Source: a virus
Lineage: Duplodnaviria > Caudoviricetes
Reading direction: 5' to 3' (one strand)
Length of the DNA: 64,000 nucleotides
Virus record (IMG/VR): IMGVR_UViG_3300047382_000771
Span: 128,001 to 192,000 of that record
Made by a program: the position numbers and the translations under genes. Under the pieces are notes generated by a model. It was not told the origin of the DNA and made no database searches. It was given only the letters and a program-made list of their open reading frames with translations. Of this stretch, positions 1 to 9,076 are shown piece after piece (the stretch's first letter is position 1; each line of letters begins with the position of its first letter).

Positions 1-3000
1 ACTGTAGACTTAATTGTCTCTAAACTTTTTGCATTGTTATCTAGAGCTGATAATTTTAAAGCTTTCTTTTGAACTTCTATAGCTAAATTGTCGGCTTCAG
101 CTGATGCTTCGTCTGCTACAATTTTACCAAGCATATTCAAGTCAGACAACATACCCCTTCTAATGTCAGCCTCAATAGCCGCAGATTCAGCTGAAGACGC
201 CTCTTCGCCTATTTTGATAAGTTGATTCTTCATCAGCAACTGTTGCGTATCTAAAACTTCTTGATTCTTGGATGGGGCTGAAGATAGTAAACTGTTACTC
301 ATTCGAGATGACGACAATCCTTCCATTCCAGATTTTGAAGACTCAATCGCTTGCTTTCTTAAATTTTGAAATATTAATCCTTGAAATGCGAGGCTATCTT
401 GTTCTAATTTTAACCTTTTTGATGCGAACTTATTTTGAACAGATAACGTTGCGGCTTGACCCATAAGGTTTTCGGTTATCGTTTCTTGTGTCGCTAAAGT
501 TTTATTTAATTCTTTTTCTAATAATTTAGCCCCCTCAACTGTTTTAGCTTCTATTAATAATTTCTTTAAAGACTGCTTGTTTTTCTCGTCTTGCCTTTTT
601 GCCTCTAAATCTACAGACACAAGCAGTTGCGAGTATTTATCAGATGCTTCGGCTAATTTCTGTAAAGTACTTTCTTCTACAGCGAGAATGCCAGATTCTA
701 CCGCCGCAAGTGTTGCCGCCAGCTGTACCCTTGGGTCTTGCTCGTCAGCAATTTTTTGAGTTATTTCATTTAATTTTTCTTGGAATTGAGTACCCTCATC
801 GATTTCGGCTCCTTCAAATATTCTACTGACACCATTTTTTATTTCATCATCAACATTTAAATCAGTTATAACCCTAGAATTAAATTCAGTAAATTCAAAA
901 TCTGCATTAGCTGCATTTTGTAATCTTTTATTAAATGTTGAAATTGATTTAGCTAAATCATCTCCTTCTCTCTTTAAATCTGGAGACAATAAATTGGTAG
1001 TCATTATTGTTTTTGCTTGATCAAGTATGGCTATAGATAGTTCATCTTCTGCATCTGCGCGTTTTTTATTTAACGCATCAAGCTGGCTAGCTGCATCCCT
1101 GGATACTTTATTAAAAGCGGCGGTAGCATTACTCATCATGCCATACTCGCTGATTAAATCTTCAGATGCGGCAGACTCTTCTCTTCTTAACTTGTTCAAC
1201 TCTAATTGATGACCGAGGGTTATCTTTTCGTAAGACACTCTTGTTTTAGCTAAGTTAACTAGCTTGTTTAATTCTTTAGCAAATTTAGTGTCAGCCATCA
1301 TGATAGCCTTCTGACCATCAGAGATATCATTTTTAGATAAGCTGTCGGCTAATCTATTAATTAAGGCTGCAAAGCCTTTAATTTCATTATCACTTAAACC
1401 ACCCATATCGTACTCAAACTCATCAGTGGTTTTCTTTAAATTGTCTAGCATACCCTGAATCCCAACGCTACCAACCAATTCGTTAGCGTCAAAATTTAGT
1501 TCGTCTATATCCATTGATGGGTTAGCGGCAAGCTTTCTTAGTTCTGAAATGTTTTTTTGTAATGACGAATCTTGCTCTACGGCACTGGCTCCAGATTTAC
1601 CTTTTAATAAATCCTGCATAGCAAAAGCGCTCCTTGCTCCCTCTGCTTCTGATAGCCTTAAAAATTTCTCTACATTATCATCGCTATCTGCTTTGTCTAC
1701 ATTTTCTGAAAAATTAACCCTGTTTGATTCTACAGCAGTTAACATTTTAGTAACCACCAAAAGATCTTGTAATGCTTTTTTGTTTGCGGCATGAGCTTCA
1801 GTGCTTCCACCCAAAGCTTTATTAACAGCTTTTAATCCAAACTCTCCGACTTTATTCTCATCATAAAGAGCCCCCATGGAATCCATAAGTTTAGAATCAG
1901 CATCTAAGCTTTTTAATCTAAGATCATAATATTCTTGTTCTTGTTTTTGAGTTCTACCTGAGCCTAATATTTCAAGGTCCACCATTTTTTGCTGGATTTC
2001 TTCTTTAGACTTCATGGATTCAAGCGCAGCAGAAACAGTCTCTGAAGTCTTACCCAACTCCTCTATTTGTTTCCTGGCTTTAGAGGCACTACTTGAAAGC
2101 AAATCAAATATACCCTCTCCAACAAAAAACTTAAAAGCCTCATTAACAAGGGTGAAACCTGTGTACAGCTGACCTATTACTGGTAAGAACCTAGTAAATC
2201 CTCTAGCTAATGCACCTACCGACTTACCCAATAGTGGAATTTTTCCACCAGTCATCTTTGCGAGTCCACCACGAACTCCACCTCTTTGCTGGTTCCTTAA
2301 ATTTCTAGATACAGCCTCCCTCTCACCTGCATTTGCTGCAGCTTCTCTTTGCGGATTTCCCCCAAAAATATCTCCGACACTTCTTTGTTCGTCTGAACTT
2401 TGACCAAGAGCTTCCGATATTTCGGGGATTAATTCTTTTTGTTGCATGTATGCCGCAAAAACCTGCGACGCACCCATGCCTAACTCTGCTAAATTCTTAC
2501 TTGCGCCTGACGCTGTTGATGCAAATTCACCAAGGAATCCATTCGCCATAGAAATCATGGACTGGAAGAAGAATAATCTCTGCAGTCCGTTCTCTCTCCC
2601 TTTAGATTCTGCCTCTATAGCTGCCTCAGCCTTGCCAGTTTTTACAGCCAGATCATTAAATACCCTGGCTACTTTATCGCCTTCTTTTATGACCTCACTG
2701 TCACCTCCAGACCTTGCTTCAGCTTTTTGAAAAGCTCCAAACATTTCTTTCCTGGCAAGATCTGTGGCCCCCGTCAGTGCTGGATTAACAAATGCATCCT
2801 TATCTCCACCCGCTGCAGCTTTTTCAGCATGACTAATTTGGGTACTAACTTCCTCCACAGATTTAGATGCCTTCTCAAACTCTGTCTTGGTTAGCTTGTC
2901 TTTTAAAAATTGTAAACCTTTTTCTAAATCTTTAGCTCCTTCATTGATTGAAGTGATTATGGGTTCTAGGATTTTATCTTGATTAGATCCACCAAGAGGA

Positions 3001-6000
3001 GCACTAGGCCCACTAACAGGGACAATAGGCTTTGCTGCAAATTGTGAATAATTACTTTGGCTAGAATCGTATTCACCAAATTTACTCCCTCTTCTTGTAA
3101 GAGCATAGTTAGGTACCAACCCCTTTTGTGCTCCATGTTTTTTAGGGTCGATGTTCATCGACTTAGCTCTTTTAATTCCTTGGTTCACACCTAGAGGTTC
3201 GTCTCTTGTGTTTGTTACAGCTAAACCTAAAGGATTTTTTCTATCCACCAGCTGATTGCTTCTTTCTATCCTGATGGTTGAAGGTGGTACACCAGCAGCT
3301 TTTTCTCTTTTAATGGCTTGAACTAATGGGTCACTAAAATTAGGAACAATTCCTTTATTTGCTACATCATAATATTTATCTTCATCTCCCTTGAAATAAC
3401 CTCTTAGTAAATGATTACTTGTAACTCCTTCTGATATTCCTTTTCTTTGAAAATTCTTTGCCTGAAGTAAAGATTCTGTATGTTTCTTCAAGAAAGACTT
3501 CATTAACTTACTTGGCTGCTTGATTCCATCTTTCTCCATGTTACGAATAACACTTGGGTTATCCATCACAGATTTAATGTGCCTTATGTCTTCCGTGTTA
3601 GCCGATATAGAGAATGTTTCCTTATCAAGCCTAAGACCAGAAACTGGAAACTCCATTTGCATCCACTCTACAATATCCTGAAATTGTTTGTACTCATCAG
3701 GGGTGACTTTTAAATAGTTTTTAGTATCCGCCTTTAAGCCCTTCCTGGCTTTTTCAACCCTATTACTAGCAACAAAGTTAGGGACAAGACCCTTACTTGA
3801 GAACCCCGCCGCAGAATCACCTTTCCCTTTAACCCTTGTGGTCATTAAATCCTGGAAATTTACAGCTTCATCCATATCATATGGACCACCAAATGGCTTA
3901 AAAACTAAACTTGCAATATCTGCATTTTCTGGCTTAGTAAAGTGTTTGTTAATATCACTCTTAAAATTTACAAGACTATCAAAACCCATTTGTTGCTCAT
4001 CATAGCCCTCTGAGTAGCCAAAGACACCCCCAGTTTGTAGACCTTCCTGTACTCTATATTTTATTTGAGGAAACATTGAAACAATATTAGCCCAGGGTGT
4101 CGATCCCATTCCATTTCTCTGGGGAGTCAAAAATCCAGATCCCAAGGATTCGTTATCTTTTAATAATTTATTAAAGTTATTAAATGCGCCTCCTTTTAAA
4201 TCTTTATCCCCTCTGGTTGCGTGCAATATTTCGGCATGTCCCGCAGGGTATTGTCTATACTTCAAGCTGGTTCCCGTTGCAGGGTCTTCCATTTGTCGAA
4301 CAGACATGGCAAAATTTGGCACAAGCCCTTTATTTAAAACCTGCATAACCTCGCTTTCGCCAGGCAAAATTTGACGAGTGCCATTAGGGTTATAACCAAT
4401 ATCTGATTCTGGAACCATTTGTTTCATGGTCTTGTCGTAGAAATCGTATTCTTTTCTACCATATTCCATTTTATAATGGTCCAATAAAGACCTATCATTT
4501 CTTCTACCGTAAACATTCAGATATAGCCCGCCATTTTCTTCGGCCCATTTTTGTATGGCACCACTTGCCATAGCTTCTTTAAATTCCTCAACTTTAGGGT
4601 AGTGTCCTTTTTCGGGGTCAGCTCCCTTGTTTAGTATTCTCAGCATTTTCTTTTTATTGAATACATTTTTTTCTGGGACGGTTTTCTCGAGTACATGACC
4701 TTCTTCTACTGGCTTGCCTGGTCGGATTGCCCCCGCAAAATTCTTAGCAACAGTTTTTGAGGTACTGAAGGATGTCGCTCCAGAAGGTTTCTGGTTCCCA
4801 ACATCTCCAATATCCCTATAGCCAGCCATAACCCCACTTACATGAGATTTAACGAAATCTTGCACAACTCCAACTACATCTTCTGGAGTCTTTACTCCAT
4901 CAAATGATGGCATATTTTTACCAATTGTAGGTTCGTCAATCCCTTGCCTTGATTTATTTTGACCTCGATATAGAGTTAAGTTTGCAAAGTTAGGAACTAA
5001 GCCTTTTGAGAAATCATCTTCTCTTACTGTTTCTCCTGGTTTAGGTTGGTAATAATTTCCAGCTTTTTCTAAAGCCAAACTTATTTCATTAAATAAGATT
5101 CTTTCGTTTTTTATTTTTCCATCTCCACCAGCATAAGAAGTTGTAAATCCCTCAGGGTCATCTGCTTGAGCATCCTGTATTGCAGCCATATATCTATGCA
5201 TATATTTTTCTATCTCTGGAGAATTCATCTGAATCTTACCTCCAGTTCTACGCTCATAAGCGGTTTTAATAGCAGCTTTAATTTGGGACTCTGAAAAATA
5301 TCCAGTTTTTAAATTGAGGGCATTAAAATTCGGCACTAATCCCTGGGCTGTATTTACATAATCTCTATAAATACTCGGCCTAATCCAGTCAGGATTCATC
5401 TTGACCCCTAAGGAATTCATGCCTTGACTTGCGATGTCTTCGACGTCTGGGTCTGAGTTTAATCCGTAATTAATTTTATTGCCAACCATCTCGTAGCCAT
5501 CTAACCCCTTGCTATTAATAAACTCGGCAGCATGAGAAGGGAGAGCTACATCTAATATAGACGACCCACCATCCCTATCCATCATAAATTCTAACCCAGA
5601 TTTTATTGCGGGGGTGTTATTGGCTTTGGCTAGCATTTTTGTAGCTGTATGAGAAAGTCCAGACTTAGCCGCTTCTCCGTGTGTCACGCTTTTGATAACA
5701 TGCGGATTAATCCCTGTGTCGGGGTTGTATTGACCAGGACCAATATTTACATCTCCCTCTGTATTTTTTTCCCAATCAAATCTTGATGTTGGTCCGCCAG
5801 GGTCTCCCATGTAAGCCCTATCACCAAAAGTCGATTGAAAATCTTTACCCATTTTTGACGCTGTTGCTGGAAATCCAGTTCTTAATACTGTTGATGGGTC
5901 TAGCAAATCTGAGACTGGAATAGACTCAGTCTTTACTGAGCTTGTAGTACGATCAAGCACGTCTCCATTAACATATCCTCCCGAAGAAACCATCTGCCCC

Positions 6001-8999
6001 CTATGAGGTCTAAATATTTTACCAGACGCCAAAGTATATTCATTCCTTGCATTGATCGTCTTGCCATCCATATTGTAGACATCTCGCTCGGACGCGTAGT
6101 TAGGTACAAAACCAGAACTTATCCCATGCGACACAACTAAATCCTTAGCGGCTTCATCTATTAATGCTGGATTTTCTCTTAAAGTTTTTTGTAATTGGTT
6201 TTTCTGTATTAAACCTCTAACCTCAGACATGGACATACCAACAGGATTCCAAGAACCCATTCTCGCTAATTGAGCCAAACTTTCTACTAACAAGTCTTCC
6301 TCAATCTTACTGATCATGTAATTTAATTCTTTAGCTACATCATCGTTTGTTAAACCTTTTGCAGATGGATTAGGGGTAGTGTCACCAACAAAAGAATCAG
6401 CTATAGCCCCTACTTGATCCCTGAATGCGAAATTAGAATACCTTCTAATACTCTTAGATGCTATATTATTTAAATCAATTTCTCCAGCTTTTATCTCAAA
6501 AGGCACTTCTCCTGGTTTAATTGCGTCTACTACAAAATTACTTTTACCCTTCGAATTATCTATTTTATAGGAGCCATATTCATCTGTAGCTTCTAGCCCA
6601 GCACTAGATCGATAGCCATCACCTTCTCCGCTCCCCAGAAATAAAGATTCGCCTACATTCCCTTTATGATCATTATTTCCTTTATTTAAATTACTTAAAA
6701 CTTTTTTATGGTAAACTTTTGGCTTTTTAGCCATCCTTGGGACATCATCTATATATCCAAAAGGAATTTTGCTTTCAATTTCCTTAATACCTAACGCCTC
6801 TAAATACTCACCTAAGGACAAAGCAGATTTATCTCCCCCTGTAGCCTTAAAGGAAGAGCCTTTTAATTTATTAGCTTGTGTGGTAAAAGTTATATCTATA
6901 CCAGAGCCCTGTAAATCTTGATCTCCATATTCAGCTATAAACTCTTTTAATTGTTTCCTGTATTCTGAGGTTTTAAACTGTCCAGTCTCTAAACCTCTAA
7001 GCTCCATTGCCTGGGAACCAGTTGTTAAGTCGTTTTGTATGGCTGCGAAGTTTGGTACATAACCCTTGAATGCGTAAGGATCAAAACCATGTTTATTACT
7101 AAACTCTTTTTCGTATTTCTTACCAGCTCTAGAAGATCTAGGCGGCATGATTGCGGGTTGATCCATCCCTGGAAACTTTTTAACTGTTTCTGCTTTATTA
7201 TATACTACTTTCCCGACTCCAGAAATTGACATTGAAGATATACCGCCAGGTGTATACCCAGCTTCTATTGCTCCTTTTCTTTCTTTTCTTTTGGCGGATG
7301 TAGGGATGTGTCCACTCGCTCTTGTGCCCACCTCACCTGTCCCGCTACCATCTAAATCTACAAAAGAATTAGTGTTTACGGTTAAATCTGGATTAACTCC
7401 AGCTCTTAGAGCTGCGCCAGCCAAAGATGAGGCTAATTGTTTTTGCTTAATCATTGCGTTGGTTTGTGCTTCAATAACTTTGAGCATGAATTTTTCTTGA
7501 GCGAGCCTATCTCCCTCTAATTCATTTAAACCTTCTTGAATTTGCTTGTTTTGAGATAATGCACCAATGATGGAATTTTCCATTTGTACAAGTTTCTCTT
7601 TTCTACCAACAACACCTAATACATCTTTTAAACTTTGTGACGCAAACTTACCCACGTTCATAAGCATCTTACCCATTACAGCTGTAAAAGCAACTAAGCC
7701 AGGCCCACTAAGTACATTCCCTATTCCTTTTACGAATCCAGTAAAAAATGTATTACCTGCTTCTTCTCCTCCACCCAAGGCATTCTTTAGACCGTTAGCT
7801 GCACCTTCTACATTTTCTAATATACCTCCGATTGGCCCCTTAAGTGTCAAGTTTCCAATCACTTCAGCCAACTCTTCTATAGATACTGTTGTTCTTTTAG
7901 CTAGAGCGTCTAATGTTTTATTTAATTGCTCATTTTTAATGGCCGCATCGCCCATGGCATCTCCTGCTATAGCGGTTGCTCTTTCAAAGATATTTTGCTC
8001 TTTAGCTAAATCCCTCAATGCAGATTTAAATATATTAGCCTGAAATATACCTGCAGCAAATTGAGTAATATTAGATTGCTGGGATTCAGTTAAAGAATCG
8101 AAAGATTTTGCTATGTTTTGTAAAACTTTATCTGCAGGCAGTAAATTACCTTGTAAATTTTTAACCTGAACACCCATTTCTTCTAGCTGCCTGATGGACT
8201 CAGGTCTTCTTATTCTTGTGAATATTGTTTTAAGTCCATTACCAATCACAGAACCACCTCTAGCAGTGGTTTGTTGTAGCGAGGTTACAATACCAATTAA
8301 GTTATTCAACTTAACACCTGCATCAATTGCTACAGCACCCGTACGCTCCAACGCATTAATTAAATCTTCAGAACTAACCGCAAAGTTGACATCAACAGCG
8401 GCCAACTTATCAATAATGTCGGTCGTCGTGACACCGCTATCCCCAAATGCATTGACTGCTGCAGTTAAACCAGATACAGCCTCTTCAGCCTTTAAGCTTG
8501 TCAATCGAGTTAAAATTAGTGCATCATTTGTCCTTCTCAAGGTTTCCTCCATGGACAAACCCTGTCTTGAAAACTCTAATGCGGCCTCTGCCACCTGATT
8601 AAAAGACTGCCCCGTATTTTTAGCAGTATCAAACAACGCCATCCCAAAAGCTTCTATGCTTTGTTGTGATGAACCCATTATGACATTTATGTCAGCCATA
8701 ACCTTTTGGAACTTAATAGTTTCAGCAACTAACCCTTTAAAGGCATTACTGACAGCGTTAATTATTCCTACGGAAAGACCAAAAGCTATAACACGGGCAT
8801 TTGATGCTTCTAGTGACTTAGTAAATTCGTTAGCTGAAGCAGTGATTCTCCCCAAAGGCTGGGTAAAAGATTTTGAGTTTACTGAAAAATTAGCCTGCCT
8901 ACCAGATAGCCTAGACATCATTTTGTTGAATTGCATTTCAACAGAACGCATGCCTTGAGCATCTAGCTCTGGTCTTATTCCTACTCTAACTCCTGCCAT
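1..8999 (-). CDS. Tail tape measure protein (>2999 aa, 3' end beyond window) with internal motif-delimited cargo modules
   Basis: Hand translation from ATG 8999 (MAGVRVGIRPELDAQ...). Open through the N-terminal domain and all of 7.4-2.9 kb; spot checks to position 3 are in the same open frame. The N-terminal part resembles the TP901-type TMP domain (AEAALEFSRQGLSMEETLRRTNDAL...IGNGLKTIFTRI); the C-terminal part is Ala/Lys/Glu-rich helical. Confidence 0.93.
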   Translation of the reverse strand, partial: MAGVRVGIRPELDAQGMRSVEMQFNKMMSRLSGRQANFSVNSKSFTQPLGRITASANEFTKSLEASNARVIAFGLSVGIINAVSNAFKGLVAETIKFQKVMADINVIMGSSQQSIEAFGMALFDTAKNTGQSFNQVAEAALEFSRQGLSMEETLRRTNDALILTRLTSLKAEEAVSGLTAAVNAFGDSGVTTTDIIDKLAAVDVNFAVSSEDLINALERTGAVAIDAGVKLNNLIGIVTSLQQTTARGGSVIGNGLKTIFTRIRRPESIRQLEEMGVQVKNLQGNLLPADKVLQNIAKSFDSLTESQQSNITQFAAGIFQANIFKSALRDLAKEQNIFERATAIAGDAMGDAAIKNEQLNKTLDALAKRTTVSIEELAEVIGNLTLKGPIGGILENVEGAANGLKNALGGGEEAGNTFFTGFVKGIGNVLSGPGLVAFTAVMGKMLMNVGKFASQSLKDVLGVVGRKEKLVQMENSIIGALSQNKQIQEGLNELEGDRLAQEKFMLKVIEAQTNAMIKQKQLASSLAGAALRAGVNPDLTVNTNSFVDLDGSGTGEVGTRASGHIPTSAKRKERKGAIEAGYTPGGISSMSISGVGKVVYNKAETVKKFPGMDQPAIMPPRSSRAGKKYEKEFSNKHGFDPYAFKGYVPNFAAIQNDLTTGSQAMELRGLETGQFKTSEYRKQLKEFIAEYGDQDLQGSGIDITFTTQANKLKGSSFKATGGDKSALSLGEYLEALGIKEIESKIPFGYIDDVPRMAKKPKVYHKKVLSNLNKGNNDHKGNVGESLFLGSGEGDGYRSSAGLEATDEYGSYKIDNSKGKSNFVVDAIKPGEVPFEIKAGEIDLNNIASKSIRRYSNFAFRDQVGAIADSFVGDTTPNPSAKGLTNDDVAKELNYMISKIEEDLLVESLAQLARMGSWNPVGMSMSEVRGLIQKNQLQKTLRENPALIDEAAKDLVVSHGISSGFVPNYASERDVYNMDGKTINARNEYTLASGKIFRPHRGQMVSSGGYVNGDVLDRTTSSVKTESIPVSDLLDPSTVLRTGFPATASKMGKDFQSTFGDRAYMGDPGGPTSRFDWEKNTEGDVNIGPGQYNPDTGINPHVIKSVTHGEAAKSGLSHTATKMLAKANNTPAIKSGLEFMMDRDGGSSILDVALPSHAAEFINSKGLDGYEMVGNKINYGLNSDPDVEDIASQGMNSLGVKMNPDWIRPSIYRDYVNTAQGLVPNFNALNLKTGYFSESQIKAAIKTAYERRTGGKIQMNSPEIEKYMHRYMAAIQDAQADDPEGFTTSYAGGDGKIKNERILFNEISLALEKAGNYYQPKPGETVREDDFSKGLVPNFANLTLYRGQNKSRQGIDEPTIGKNMPSFDGVKTPEDVVGVVQDFVKSHVSGVMAGYRDIGDVGNQKPSGATSFSTSKTVAKNFAGAIRPGKPVEEGHVLEKTVPEKNVFNKKKMLRILNKGADPEKGHYPKVEEFKEAMASGAIQKWAEENGGLYLNVYGRRNDRSLLDHYKMEYGRKEYDFYDKTMKQMVPESDIGYNPNGTRQILPGESEVMQVLNKGLVPNFAMSVRQMEDPATGTSLKYRQYPAGHAEILHATRGDKDLKGGAFNNFNKLLKDNESLGSGFLTPQRNGMGSTPWANIVSMFPQIKYRVQEGLQTGGVFGYSEGYDEQQMGFDSLVNFKSDINKHFTKPENADIASLVFKPFGGPYDMDEAVNFQDLMTTRVKGKGDSAAGFSSKGLVPNFVASNRVEKARKGLKADTKNYLKVTPDEYKQFQDIVEWMQMEFPVSGLRLDKETFSISANTEDIRHIKSVMDNPSVIRNMEKDGIKQPSKLMKSFLKKHTESLLQAKNFQRKGISEGVTSNHLLRGYFKGDEDKYYDVANKGIVPNFSDPLVQAIKREKAAGVPPSTIRIERSNQLVDRKNPLGLAVTNTRDEPLGVNQGIKRAKSMNIDPKKHGAQKGLVPNYALTRRGSKFGEYDSSQSNYSQFAAKPIVPVSGPSAPLGGSNQDKILEPIITSINEGAKDLEKGLQFLKDKLTKTEFEKASKSVEEVSTQISHAEKAAAGGDKDAFVNPALTGATDLARKEMFGAFQKAEARSGGDSEVIKEGDKVARVFNDLAVKTGKAEAAIEAESKGRENGLQRLFFFQSMISMANGFLGEFASTASGASKNLAELGMGASQVFAAYMQQKELIPEISEALGQSSDEQRSVGDIFGGNPQREAAANAGEREAVSRNLRNQQRGGVRGGLAKMTGGKIPLLGKSVGALARGFTRFLPVIGQLYTGFTLVNEAFKFFVGEGIFDLLSSSASKARKQIEELGKTSETVSAALESMKSKEEIQQKMVDLEILGSGRTQKQEQEYYDLRLKSLDADSKLMDSMGALYDENKVGEFGLKAVNKALGGSTEAHAANKKALQDLLVVTKMLTAVESNRVNFSENVDKADSDDNVEKFLRLSEAEGARSAFAMQDLLKGKSGASAVEQDSSLQKNISELRKLAANPSMDIDELNFDANELVGSVGIQGMLDNLKKTTDEFEYDMGGLSDNEIKGFAALINRLADSLSKNDISDGQKAIMMADTKFAKELNKLVNLAKTRVSYEKITLGHQLELNKLRREESAASEDLISEYGMMSNATAAFNKVSRDAASQLDALNKKRADAEDELSIAILDQAKTIMTTNLLSPDLKREGDDLAKSISTFNKRLQNAANADFEFTEFNSRVITDLNVDDEIKNGVSRIFEGAEIDEGTQFQEKLNEITQKIADEQDPRVQLAATLAAVESGILAVEESTLQKLAEASDKYSQLLVSVDLEAKRQDEKNKQSLKKLLIEAKTVEGAKLLEKELNKTLATQETITENLMGQAATLSVQNKFASKRLKLEQDSLAFQGLIFQNLRKQAIESSKSGMEGLSSSRMSNSLLSSAPSKNQEVLDTQQLLMKNQLIKIGEEASSAESAAIEADIRRGMLSDLNMLGKIVADEASAEADNLAIEVQKKALKLSALDNNAKSLETIKST

Positions 9000-9076
9000 A
9001 ATTACCTTGTTCCTTTATAATCATACTATTATTACACAAGAACTATGGATCTTGCATATAAAATATATAAGACTTT

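Noticed and set aside
272-8958. Many 60-158 aa + strand ORFs in the track
   Set aside because: They are antisense shadows of the continuous TMP frame, with no start signals. The same applies to the nested ORFs inside the structural genes.
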